NCBI GenBank assembly: GCA_963701855.1
Contig: CAVPBK010000006.1
Location: forward strand, 1,088,001 to 1,152,000
DNA from: Nitrospirota bacterium
GTDB taxonomy: Bacteria > Nitrospirota > Nitrospiria > Nitrospirales > Nitrospiraceae
Reading direction: 5' to 3'
DNA length: 64,000 nucleotides
Part shown: piece after piece, positions 1 through 8,686 of the stretch
Position numbering within the stretch: the first letter of the stretch is position 1
How the letters are laid out: every line of letters starts with the position of its first letter
Made by a program: the position numbers and the translations under genes
The notes under the pieces: generated by a model
The model's database searches: none
Told to the model about the DNA's origin: nothing
Seen by the model: the letters and a program-made list of their open reading frames with translations, nothing else

Positions 1-1470
1 GCCTAGTGCTCGCCCGTGCAAGATCAGGGGAACCGCGCATCCCGATTTCAGGCCTTCGGCCTCTGCCCGTTTCATAATTTCCGCGGGAAACTCCGTGAGG
101 TTGAGACGTCTGACATGAACGGTCTGCTGAGTCGTGAACGCCAACCCTTCCGGAGTTCCTTCCAACGGAATGAGATCTCCCGACTCGACAAAGTCTTGAT
201 TGCCGGGGAAGTCGAGCGCATGAGCCCGCAACTGGTTTATCTCGGGATCATAGAGACAAAACGACGCGAAATCGTGCGGGATGACACGACCGAGGCAAGC
301 AGAGATCGCTTTCAAGAGTGCTCTCAATTCGAGATGCGACACGACGGCGTTGTTGATCTCCAGCACCAAGCTGAGCCGATCTCGCTCTCGAGCCAGAGAC
401 TGTTGCGCGGCTTCCGTACTGGAGAAATTGAGCACATTGTCCACGGCCACTGCCACCTGTTTAGCCACCTGACCGAGCAATCCCAGGTTCTGGTCTCCGA
501 ATGCACGGGGTTCGAGACTCCCGAACCCGATCGCGCCAAGACGTCGCATGGCAGTCGTCAAGGGAAACAGACAGACGGACTGGACGCCGATGTCCTTGAG
601 TGCCGCCATCCCCACCGTGAATCGAGGTTCCTCGGCGAGAAACGGAATGTTTAGCGGTTGCTGGTAGGTCCAGACCCAGCCACTGGAGGACTTCTCGATC
701 GGAAGCTCCAGCCCATCCAATCTGGTGGTGAGGTGATGAGTGGCTGCGGTTTCCAATACGTGGACCTTCATCACGTTCTTTGTGGGATCGTGGAGAATCA
801 AGCCGATAAAGTCGAACGGAGCAACTGTCGGGAGGCGTTGCGCGAGGTCCCGAAAGAGCGCGGACAGGTCGCGGTGCGACACGATGGCTTCGGACACCTC
901 AAGGAGAAGCCGTAACCGGTCGTGATCGTGAGTCAGATCTTGATGATGGAGGACATTATCCACCGCAACTGCGACCTGTTTGCCTACTTGTTGGAGAAAC
1001 TCAAGGTCCGTTTCACCATAGGCCTCTTTCTCTAAACTCAAGAACCCCATGGCGCCCAGTCGGCGTACCGCTGTGGTCAAGGGAACGAAGCAAAACGAAT
1101 TTCCGCCGTCCTCCTGCATGCGCTGAGTGACCTTCGGCCAGCGCGGCTCTTCAGCGACATTCGGTACAAGGACGGGCTGCTGCGTTCGCCAGACCAATCC
1201 GGCGGGACTCTCTTCGACCGGCCCTTCGTGGCCACCCACGAGATCGGCCGGCACGTTCGCCTGAATGCTGTGCAATCGCATCGTGTCACGAGCAGGATCG
1301 TGCAAGGACAGGGCGACAAAATTCACATGAATCACGCGAGGAAGGCGCTGGGCGAGATCTCGAAAGAGTTCGTCGAGGTCGCGGTGTGTGGAGATCGCCT
1401 GCGCAACCTCCAGCAGAGCTTGGTACCGCTCGGCAAGAGTCTCACAGGAATATGCGGGCTGCTTATCCAT
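1..1470 (-). CDS. FhlA/NifA-like regulator with tandem GAF domains (5' part; runs off the window start)
   Basis: Manual translation from ATG at 1470: MDKQPAYSCETLAERYQALLEVAQAISTHRDLDELFRDLAQRL..., with repeated GAF ends 'DLEFLQQVGKQVAVAVDNVL' and 'LLGQVAKQVAVAVDNVLNF'. Missing from the ORF track because the stop lies outside the window; the sigma-54 ATPase domain is not visible. Confidence 0.8.
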   Translation of the reverse strand, partial: MDKQPAYSCETLAERYQALLEVAQAISTHRDLDELFRDLAQRLPRVIHVNFVALSLHDPARDTMRLHSIQANVPADLVGGHEGPVEESPAGLVWRTQQPVLVPNVAEEPRWPKVTQRMQEDGGNSFCFVPLTTAVRRLGAMGFLSLEKEAYGETDLEFLQQVGKQVAVAVDNVLHHQDLTHDHDRLRLLLEVSEAIVSHRDLSALFRDLAQRLPTVAPFDFIGLILHDPTKNVMKVHVLETAATHHLTTRLDGLELPIEKSSSGWVWTYQQPLNIPFLAEEPRFTVGMAALKDIGVQSVCLFPLTTAMRRLGAIGFGSLEPRAFGDQNLGLLGQVAKQVAVAVDNVLNFSSTEAAQQSLARERDRLSLVLEINNAVVSHLELRALLKAISACLGRVIPHDFASFCLYDPEINQLRAHALDFPGNQDFVESGDLIPLEGTPEGLAFTTQQTVHVRRLNLTEFPAEIMKRAEAEGLKSGCAVPLILHGRALG

Positions 1471-1539
1471 GGTGGGCAGTATGGCGTATGAGTCGGTGAC
1501 GGCTCAAGAGGGGGGAGGGATGGAGACTGATGATCTTCT

Positions 1540-1717
1540 GTGCTCGCGCAACGCGCGGCCTCAGAAGGCCCTCGTTGGACGCGCGCAGTGGAAGATCAAT
1601 CAGCCCCCATCCCTGAAGAGATAGCGAGCGGTCTCGGAAGGATGGGGAGGGAGCCCCCAGGTGTCCTCTTTGCTCGCAGAACGCGCACGATAAAACGGTG
1701 CTCGTCCGATGCGCGCA
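1540..1717 (+). repeat. Dispersed GC-rich bipartite repeat, family B copy 1
   Basis: 1540-1589 matches the reverse complement of 11779-11828 at 40/50 nt; second subunit ~1671-1717 resembles the reverse complement of 11690-11730. Confidence 0.7.
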
Positions 1718-1802
1718 AGGAAGGACAGTCTGGCTATTCCCCTGAGGGCAAAGCGGGGGTAATCGGAAGGCTATGCCGGAGGTTCTACACCGGGAAGCCT
1801 CA

Positions 1803-1831
1803 TTGACACGTGCTTAAAAGGTCATGACAAT
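1803..1831 (+). promoter_or_regulatory. sigma70-type promoter
   Basis: TTGACA-17 nt-GACAAT directly upstream of the cyclase-like ORF. Confidence 0.55.
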
Positions 1832-1846
1832 GCTCGAAAATCCGGC

Positions 1847-2617
1847 ATGAAGGAATATGAAAGCTGTTGGGATAGGCCACCATTGAACGACATGGCCCCC
1901 GAAGCTCACTTAATAGTTAGTCATCGAGAGAGATTGCAAATGGTCGACTGGTATCAACGAGATTCTTGGGTTGGGGTATTTGACATTCTCGGGTTTAAGA
2001 ATCTTATTCACCAAGCCGATCATCAAATTCTCCGCGCATTACTAATAGACAAGCTCGATGAGCTGATAAAGAGTCTAGATTCATCTCCGGTTGAGCATGG
2101 ACAACTCAAGTACCTTATCTTCTCTGATACGTTTGTTATTTTCGCACCCAACTTTCAGTCATATGGCTGGTTTCTTAGCGCATGTACAGACCTGATCGAT
2201 AAGTCGATCAATATCGAGTTACCACTTAGAGGAGCAATTAGTACTGGATTAACTTTTACTTCAAAGGACCCCCCTGTTGTTCTTGGACCCGCGTTTGTCG
2301 AGGCGCATGAATATTGTGAAGATCAGGACTGGATTGGTCTTCTGTTGACACCGTCTGCCATATCGGAACTTCGAAAGAAAAACTTGGAACCGCTCCGTCA
2401 TGATTTCGTATCAGACGAGCAGATACCATTACGAATGAAATCATCTACTGAAGTAGTCGCGTATAGATTTCAGAACGGATCTGCGAACTTCGATAGCCCA
2501 TTTCTGTCACACTTGCATCAAATGAAACATTTCGCTCAAAAATGGCAGCAGAAAGAAAAGTATGAAAGAACCATTGCTTTTATACAAAGGCACTACAGGC
2601 ACGATAAGGAAACTTAA
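1847..2617 (+). CDS. Class III nucleotidyl-cyclase-like fold protein (start may be ATG 1940)
   Basis: Motifs FDILGF, FSDT, LRGAISTG and GPAFVEAHE; lower GC than the flanks. Confidence 0.6.
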   Translation: MKEYESCWDRPPLNDMAPEAHLIVSHRERLQMVDWYQRDSWVGVFDILGFKNLIHQADHQILRALLIDKLDELIKSLDSSPVEHGQLKYLIFSDTFVIFAPNFQSYGWFLSACTDLIDKSINIELPLRGAISTGLTFTSKDPPVVLGPAFVEAHEYCEDQDWIGLLLTPSAISELRKKNLEPLRHDFVSDEQIPLRMKSSTEVVAYRFQNGSANFDSPFLSHLHQMKHFAQKWQQKEKYERTIAFIQRHYRHDKET

Positions 2618-2716
2618 GGGGGATATTCTGGTTTTCTTGACGCGTGAGTCGAACTGCCGCCAACAACAATTCAAGATGTCCCTGCTTCTGTTTCTTCTCA
2701 ACACAGCGTCAGCCCC

Positions 2717-3190
2717 ATGAATCATCTCATCGTCACAAATGTTGAAATTTACAAGGCCGTTGCCGATGAGGCTTACGAAGAGATGGTTCAGTTGGCAAGA
2801 ACAGGGCGGAGAACGAAGCCGGATGAAAGTGCTGGTTGGATACTAACCTATGACCCAACTCATGCCAGCTTTAAGAAGGCCATGATTTCACTTGTTTTTA
2901 CGGGTATGTGGCTCGAAGCGTTGGTGCATCTTGTTATCATAAGAAAATTCGGGGAAACGAAATTCAAAGAATACGATTTCAAGGCGTACGAGGAAAAACT
3001 AAGGCTCCTTGGCATAACTGACAAAGAGCTTCTTGACAGCGTATCGAGATTTCGGGCCGTCAGGAAATCCTTGGTTCATGAAAAAGCACATTTTGATGAT
3101 GGCGAAATCAAGACGGCTCAATCAGAGGCAGAGAACGCCCATCAAATGCTTCTTGGTATTCACGCTCGTATTTCGAATGAATTGGGCTAA
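2717..3190 (+). CDS. Small helical protein with a HEPN-like RxxxxH motif (putative RNase)
   Basis: 'WLEAL' helix and 'RAVRKSLVHEK' (R-X4-H); lower GC. Confidence 0.5.
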   Translation: MNHLIVTNVEIYKAVADEAYEEMVQLARTGRRTKPDESAGWILTYDPTHASFKKAMISLVFTGMWLEALVHLVIIRKFGETKFKEYDFKAYEEKLRLLGITDKELLDSVSRFRAVRKSLVHEKAHFDDGEIKTAQSEAENAHQMLLGIHARISNELG

Positions 3191-3337
3191 CAAGCCTGTA
3201 AGCTCGCCAGCAGTGGACATCGGTTTGGCGTTTTCAGTAAAATTGTCGCCGACGTGTTGAGTTGGACGCGCTGGTGGTCGGCGGTGCCTGGTCAGCTCTG
3301 ATTATTTCCCATTTTTTAACAGGAGGAAGAGCTAGCG

Positions 3338-3709
3338 ATGAGCACGAAATCACTCTATGAACGCCTCGGAGGCTATGACGCGATCGTTGCAGTTTCCGGG
3401 AACCTGTTGCCACGCCTCATGTCTGATTCGCGGCTGAAACGCTTCTGGGAGCATCGAGGGCAGGACGGCATCGACCGCGAAAAGCAACTCCTGATCGATT
3501 TTCTCTGCGCGAATTCGGGTGGTCCCATGTACTACACCGGGCGAGACATGAAGGTATCTCATAAAGGGATGAAGATCAATGAAGCCGATTGGACGGCCTT
3601 TATGGGGCACGTCAATGCGACCTTGGATGTGTTTAAACTTCCCCCGACTGAGCGGGGCGAGGTCGTCGGCTTTGTGCAATCTTTGAAAAAAGATATTGTC
3701 GAAGCGTAG
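3338..3709 (+). CDS. Group I truncated hemoglobin
   Basis: SLYERLGG, GGPMYYTGRDM..SH.GM.I motifs; strong RBS AGGAGG. Confidence 0.9.
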   Translation: MSTKSLYERLGGYDAIVAVSGNLLPRLMSDSRLKRFWEHRGQDGIDREKQLLIDFLCANSGGPMYYTGRDMKVSHKGMKINEADWTAFMGHVNATLDVFKLPPTERGEVVGFVQSLKKDIVEA

Positions 3710-3805
3710 GTGCTAGGCTAGGGGGCGTGAGACTCACGCCCCTGGCGGGAAAAATTGCAAAACTTCGATAGTCTGTGCGTCTGGTGCAAGAGCGAACGCT
3801 CATGA

Positions 3806-3927
3806 AGGATGCTCAAAATGGCCGTCCAGCGCGGCTACAGCGAGCGAAGACCGGAGGCGTACCCTCAGGGGTACGTTGAGGATCTAAGCGATGCGAGAAC
3901 AAAGCTGGCGGACTTTTTCAGCATCCT
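3806..3927. repeat. ~120-bp palindromic element, family A copy 1
   Basis: Ends AGGATGCTCAAAA...TTTTTCAGCATCCT; central GAGGCGTACCC-TCAG-GGGTACGTTGAGG hairpin. Confidence 0.9.
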
Positions 3928-3928
3928 G

Positions 3929-4165
3929 TTAGAGTGTCTGGTGCGTGCCGTCGCAGAACGGCGGAGTCTTGGTCTGCTTGCACATGCACAAGGCAACTTC
4001 TTTCATTTCATCTACCGTAAACTCGACCGGCTCGATCCCGGTTCCTTGGTGAGACCCGTCACAGAACGGTTGGTCCCTCGAACGTCCGCATTGACACCAA
4101 TAGTAAGTTCCTGCTTCCAACGTAAGCACTTCGGGCTGCTTGGCTGCAATACGTGGTTTCTCCAT
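3929..4165 (-). CDS. CDGSH iron-sulfur domain protein (two CDGSH motifs)
   Basis: WCQCGRS..QPFCDGSH and LCMCKQT..PPFCDGTH. Confidence 0.9.
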   Translation of the reverse strand: MEKPRIAAKQPEVLTLEAGTYYWCQCGRSRDQPFCDGSHQGTGIEPVEFTVDEMKEVALCMCKQTKTPPFCDGTHQTL

Positions 4166-4185
4166 GAACAGGCCTCCTTTGTAGA

Positions 4186-4641
4186 TTACAAATGTAACGG
4201 CTTGATCGGCGCAAGGACGGCAGCGGGGTTATTTTTCCACACTGACTCATCCGCATCAACATAGATTTCGACTTCGTTGCCATCCGGATCTCGCAGATAG
4301 AGGCTCTGACTCACCGTGTGATCGCTCATGCCGTCAATCGGTATGCCAGCCCGTTCCAGTTCCTGCTTGGCCACTCGTAGCTCGTCCAAGCTGTCTCCGA
4401 CCTTGATGCCAATGTGATAGAGCCCGCGGCGGCGACCCTGTGGAGGCCCAGGGGCGTCTCCAACCTGGATCAGGAGTAATTCGTGATGCGTGCGGCCAGA
4501 AGTGAGCGCGGCGGCGGCGCCATTGAACGCTCTTCCGATCTCATGGAATCCCAGAAGGTCGCGATAAAAAGCCAGCGACCGTTCGAGATCCTTTACATAA
4601 AACACCACATGGCCGAGGTATTGTGCTTTCATCTGAATCAC
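4186..4641 (-). CDS. VOC/glyoxalase family protein
   Basis: LGHVVFYVKDLERSLAFYRDLLG, GLYHIG, YLRDPDGNEVEI. Confidence 0.9.
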   Translation of the reverse strand: MIQMKAQYLGHVVFYVKDLERSLAFYRDLLGFHEIGRAFNGAAAALTSGRTHHELLLIQVGDAPGPPQGRRRGLYHIGIKVGDSLDELRVAKQELERAGIPIDGMSDHTVSQSLYLRDPDGNEVEIYVDADESVWKNNPAAVLAPIKPLHL

Positions 4642-4658
4642 TCCTTGTTGGACGATGG

Positions 4659-5051
4659 CTACCGGAGCAGCGCTCTGACCGCTGCATGTGCCAACACCAC
4701 ATCTGGCTCTCGTTGAAGAGCCTCGTAGTAGTGTCTGCCGAATCCTGATCCCTCTTCCGATGGAGTTAGAAGTGTTCGGATCGACGCGATAAGGGTGGTA
4801 GTATCCAGGCCGTCCGGCGATTTATCTTCTTCACCGAGTTCATCGAGCTTGGCCATCGCTTGAGACAGTGGACGCAACCAGGCAAACCACGCATCTCCCA
4901 ACACCAGCTGCAAAAACGCTCCGTTGGACGGGATACGCCCATGCACACGCTCATAGGACACCCTTTCGTCATCCAGCAAGGCTTTGTGCAGACGAAGCAG
5001 CGCCTGAAATAGATGGTCGAGGTGCGCGTCTCTGTGACCTGGCTCCGACAT
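4659..5051 (-). CDS. Hypothetical protein within the operon
   Basis: 130-aa ORF with GGAG RBS, in line with neighbouring genes. Confidence 0.7.
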   Translation of the reverse strand: MSEPGHRDAHLDHLFQALLRLHKALLDDERVSYERVHGRIPSNGAFLQLVLGDAWFAWLRPLSQAMAKLDELGEEDKSPDGLDTTTLIASIRTLLTPSEEGSGFGRHYYEALQREPDVVLAHAAVRALLR

Positions 5052-5081
5052 GATCCGATCTCCCTATGGGTCACACGACTG

Positions 5082-6215
5082 TTACCCTGTCGGCTCGCTA
5101 TCGAGTTGGTGCGCCTTGCGTCCGCCACGGGCGAGTGGATGCTCAGGAACTTGACCGCCGACCATGAGCTTCGCCATGTCCGCGGCCCGGGCAACGAGTT
5201 GTTGTGCCCCTTCACGTAGCTCCCGGCTATTCTGCACCTCGCTGACGTTCCGTTCCATATCCTCCGCGCTCCAGCCTCGTGAATGGGCAATGAACGGAAA
5301 CTGCGGGAACTGGCAGCCGACTTCCGCGAAAAAGGTCATGAGCTGCCCGACCACGCCTTGGACATTGTCTTGCCCGCCCATGACGATAAACGACGCGACC
5401 TTGTTCTTGAGCAAATGTTTGTTAGCAATGGTCTCCTGATTTTGGATGCAGTTCATCCGCTCGACCATCTTGTAATACAGGCTGCTCGCGTTGCCCCAGC
5501 GGATCGGAGTTGAAATCAGAATCACATCGGCCCAATGCACGATGGCTTCGTACACGCGATCGAGCTGATCGGTCGGGTCCATCTGCGTAATCGAACAAGG
5601 CCAGGTGCAAGCCTGCGCTGATTTGGAATAGAACCCTTCGCACGGACGAAAGTTCAGCTCTCGGAGCCTAATGCATTGCGTCTCCAGCTTGAGCACGCTT
5701 CGGGCATGGTCGAGCGCCACGTCCAGCATCGCGTCGGAGGTACTGTATCGTGGATGTTCCGTGGTCATCGCTGTCGTCGAGATCCCAACTACACGGATCG
5801 GGCCGGCCTGACGCAACACCGGGCGTGCGAGCGGATGAGGCTTGTGCGACTGCTTCCTCCGTTTCGTGGCGGACGACAGGTCAATATAGAGACGGTTGTT
5901 CTCGATCTTGGTGGCATAGCTCGGAACCTGATCTTGTTCGTACCCCGCTTCTCCTTGACCTGTTTTGTGATGGAACTTCCAGTAATGCCAGGGACAGACG
6001 ACATAGTCGCCGTCGAGGGTGCCTTCACCCAACGGGCCACCGGCATGATTACAGGCCCCGGAGATCGCGGTAAACGAGCCATCCTTGTACGTCAGCGCAA
6101 TTGTCGTGTTCCCGGCGGAGACTTCTCGCAAGGGGGTTTTCTTTAGCTCTTCGACGCTTCCTATGTCTGTCCATTGCGTATCCGGCATGACAGGCTCCCT
6201 GGACGATGCGGTCAC
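5082..6215 (-). CDS. Rieske 2Fe-2S domain fused to a flavodoxin/NAD(P)H-dependent FMN reductase-like domain
   Basis: CNHAGGPL...CPWH Rieske motif; C-terminal CEG...CTWPC and STPIRWG flavodoxin-like motifs. Confidence 0.85.
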   Translation of the reverse strand: MTASSREPVMPDTQWTDIGSVEELKKTPLREVSAGNTTIALTYKDGSFTAISGACNHAGGPLGEGTLDGDYVVCPWHYWKFHHKTGQGEAGYEQDQVPSYATKIENNRLYIDLSSATKRRKQSHKPHPLARPVLRQAGPIRVVGISTTAMTTEHPRYSTSDAMLDVALDHARSVLKLETQCIRLRELNFRPCEGFYSKSAQACTWPCSITQMDPTDQLDRVYEAIVHWADVILISTPIRWGNASSLYYKMVERMNCIQNQETIANKHLLKNKVASFIVMGGQDNVQGVVGQLMTFFAEVGCQFPQFPFIAHSRGWSAEDMERNVSEVQNSRELREGAQQLVARAADMAKLMVGGQVPEHPLARGGRKAHQLDSEPTG

Positions 6216-6221
6216 GGCACC

Positions 6222-6593
6222 TTACTTACTCGCACCAGTGTCGTAGTAAAACCTCTCGTGTACGATCTTGCCGTTCTTCCACTTGGCCACGACGACCTGC
6301 TCCATATGCACCGGCTGTCCGCTGGTGGCGATAAAGTCCAGGTTACATTCGTAGAACGTCACGTTGTCGCCCACAGCCGAGCCCGTCACGTTAAATCCTT
6401 TCCATTCCTTGACGCCGCTCATGAACTGCTTTTCCCGCTCAATGTTCGCCGTCAACCCCTTTGTCGGCGGGTTGGCATTGTCCTGCATTACAGTTTCCTT
6501 ATCGTAGAACTCACTCATGGCCTCGATGATCTTACCTTGACGGATGTAACCGAATAGATCGGCTAGCCGCTGTTGCAGATTGGTTGTGCTCAT
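6222..6593 (-). CDS. SnoaL/NTF2-like protein
   Basis: MSTTNLQQ start overlapping the upstream stop; C-terminal KWKNGKIVHERFYY. Confidence 0.8.
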   Translation of the reverse strand: MSTTNLQQRLADLFGYIRQGKIIEAMSEFYDKETVMQDNANPPTKGLTANIEREKQFMSGVKEWKGFNVTGSAVGDNVTFYECNLDFIATSGQPVHMEQVVVAKWKNGKIVHERFYYDTGASK

Positions 6594-7024
6594 GACCGCT
6601 TCTCCTTTCGAGGTGTGCTGGTGAATGTAATCCCGGCCTTCTGCACTTCCTGGTAAGGAAGGAGCCAGACAAGCGACTCGTCGCTGAGGTCGCCGACTTG
6701 AATACGATTCCCCCAGGGATCGCGGAAGTCGCAACGGAAGTTCGGCTGCATTGTGAGTTTGTACTTCTTCGTGAGCTTCTTCCGGACTTCCTTGATCTGT
6801 TGTTCGTCCCGGACCATCAAGCCGAAATGTTTCACACGATCCGGTTGCAGCTTGTCGACTTCAAAGATCGCCATGAATTGATGCTCACCCAACTTGCACC
6901 AGGCGGCGCCTTCACCGCCTCGGAGCATCTTCAAACCGAAGACATCAGAATAGAACTTCACCGCTTTCTTGGCGTTGGTCACCTCAATGACGATGTGGTT
7001 ACATCCGTAGACTTGGACTGCCAT
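6590..7024 (-). CDS. VOC/glyoxalase family protein
   Basis: NHIVIEV...FYSDVFGL, HFGL, FRDPWGNRIQ. Confidence 0.85.
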   Translation of the reverse strand: MAVQVYGCNHIVIEVTNAKKAVKFYSDVFGLKMLRGGEGAAWCKLGEHQFMAIFEVDKLQPDRVKHFGLMVRDEQQIKEVRKKLTKKYKLTMQPNFRCDFRDPWGNRIQVGDLSDESLVWLLPYQEVQKAGITFTSTPRKEKRS

Positions 7025-7671
7025 TATGTCTCCTCCTTACTCTCCACAACTGCTTTCTCGGCCTGCTGGAAGGCCGACACAAAGATATTGGGAGATTGCG
7101 CACCGGAGATTGCAACACGGCCGTTGAGAACGAAATAGGGCACCCCGCGAATGCCCAATCGACGACCAACTGCTTCTTCTTCCTTTACCTCAACCACGCC
7201 TTCCTCACTCGCTAGAAACTCTTCTGCCTCTGTTCGATCCAGTCCGGCTTCGGCAGCGATGTGCGCAAGGGTGTTCAGATCACCGATGTTCTTGCCTTCT
7301 AGAAAATATCCACGAAAGAGAACCTCCACCACTTCGTCTTGTTTCCCTTGCTGTGCTGCATACCACACCAGCCGATGGGCAACAAAGGTGTTTGGCGTCC
7401 GTTGAATCTTCTCAAAGGCAAAGGGGATTTGTTCTTCCAGGCCGGCAGCGAGGAGTTGTTCTTCCATCCGGCCGAAGGCTTCCAAGCTCCCAAACTTAGC
7501 TTTCAGATAGGCGGTTCGATCCATTCCTTCGACTGGCATCGTCGGATTCAGTTGAAAGGGCCGCCACGTCACATGTAGATCGCCACCAACCGAGGTCAAA
7601 GCCCGTTCGAGACGCCGCTTCCCGACGTAACACCAGGGGCAGACGATGTCGGAGTAAATATCGATCTGCAT
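7024..7671 (-). CDS. DsbA family oxidoreductase (FrnE-like)
   Basis: IYSDIVCPWCYVGKRRL, FQLNP, GVPYF, SGAQ. Confidence 0.9.
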   Translation of the reverse strand: MQIDIYSDIVCPWCYVGKRRLERALTSVGGDLHVTWRPFQLNPTMPVEGMDRTAYLKAKFGSLEAFGRMEEQLLAAGLEEQIPFAFEKIQRTPNTFVAHRLVWYAAQQGKQDEVVEVLFRGYFLEGKNIGDLNTLAHIAAEAGLDRTEAEEFLASEEGVVEVKEEEAVGRRLGIRGVPYFVLNGRVAISGAQSPNIFVSAFQQAEKAVVESKEET

Positions 7672-7786
7672 CAAGGACTTTTTCTCTCTCAGGCTAAGGT
7701 CAAGGTTCAGCAAAGATCAGACTCTCTTTATCCTCAGCCTTCAGTCTGAACCTCAACCTTCTTCATGTTGGCGGACTTTTTCAGCA

Positions 7787-8671
7787 TCATGCTAAATGTC
7801 CCATCTTGCCCGCCTGATAGTCTTGCATCGCTTGAATCAATTCATCTTTCGTATTCATGACGAAGGGGCCATAGCGCGCAATCGCTTCGTCGATCGGTTC
7901 CCCGGCCATGACCAAGAGCCTGCTGTCATCGTGAGCAACGACTGCCACCTGCGAACCGTTCCTCGTACAGACAACCAGTTCCGCCTCTCCAGCTGCTTGC
8001 GCCCGATTGACGGAGGCGCGGCCTTGCAAGACAAAGAGCGACGCATTAAGCCCTTCAGGCAATTTCAGGAGTATGCTGGCTCCAGCCTTTAGTTGGAGAT
8101 CATAGAGTTCAATCGGCGTGACGGTGCGAGCGGGACCTCTGTGTCCAAGAAACGATCCGGCGATCACACGCAATCGCCCAGCTCCACTCTCAAGATCAAT
8201 GGCAGGGATGTCGGCGTTGAGAATCGTCTGATAGCCAGGCGCCGACATTTTCGAAGCGCGCGGCAGATTTACCCACAACTGAATGGCGTGAAGCGTGCCG
8301 CCATTCTTTGCAAACTCTTTTTCGTGAAATTCCTCGTGCACGATACCGGATGCCGCGGTCATCCACTGGACATCGCCTGGGCCGATCACACCGGCGTTCC
8401 CAGCTGAATCACGATGGGCCACGACGCCTTCATAGACAATGGTGACCGTTTCAAACCCGCGATGAGGATGTTCGCCCACGCCACGGGGATGATCCGTCGG
8501 CTCGAAATATTGCGGGCCAGCATAATCCAACATGAGAAACGGGCTGACTTCGCGATCAAGGTCGTTGCTGGGAAAGAGATTCCGCACGGGAAACCCGTCG
8601 CCGACCATATGCCGCGACCCAGGCTGATATAGACCGATCAATCCCTTCATGGTGCTCGTTTCTGTGGCCAT
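7787..8671 (-). CDS. Pirin family protein
   Basis: HPHRGFETVT, QWMTAASGIVHEE, GPFVMNT. Confidence 0.95.
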   Translation of the reverse strand: MATETSTMKGLIGLYQPGSRHMVGDGFPVRNLFPSNDLDREVSPFLMLDYAGPQYFEPTDHPRGVGEHPHRGFETVTIVYEGVVAHRDSAGNAGVIGPGDVQWMTAASGIVHEEFHEKEFAKNGGTLHAIQLWVNLPRASKMSAPGYQTILNADIPAIDLESGAGRLRVIAGSFLGHRGPARTVTPIELYDLQLKAGASILLKLPEGLNASLFVLQGRASVNRAQAAGEAELVVCTRNGSQVAVVAHDDSRLLVMAGEPIDEAIARYGPFVMNTKDELIQAMQDYQAGKMGHLA

Positions 8672-8686
8672 AACAACCTTCCTTTC

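Noticed and set aside
16..1491. Plus-strand ORFs 16-654, 658-915 and 1228-1491
   Set aside because: Antisense shadows of the minus-strand multi-GAF gene
2615..2690. GGGACA-type inverted motif (also near 9708 and 46592) as a REP family
   Set aside because: Matches of 12 nt or less and imperfect; not enough support in this window
3809..4264. 151-aa plus-strand ORF
   Set aside because: Begins inside a repeat and runs antisense to the CDGSH gene
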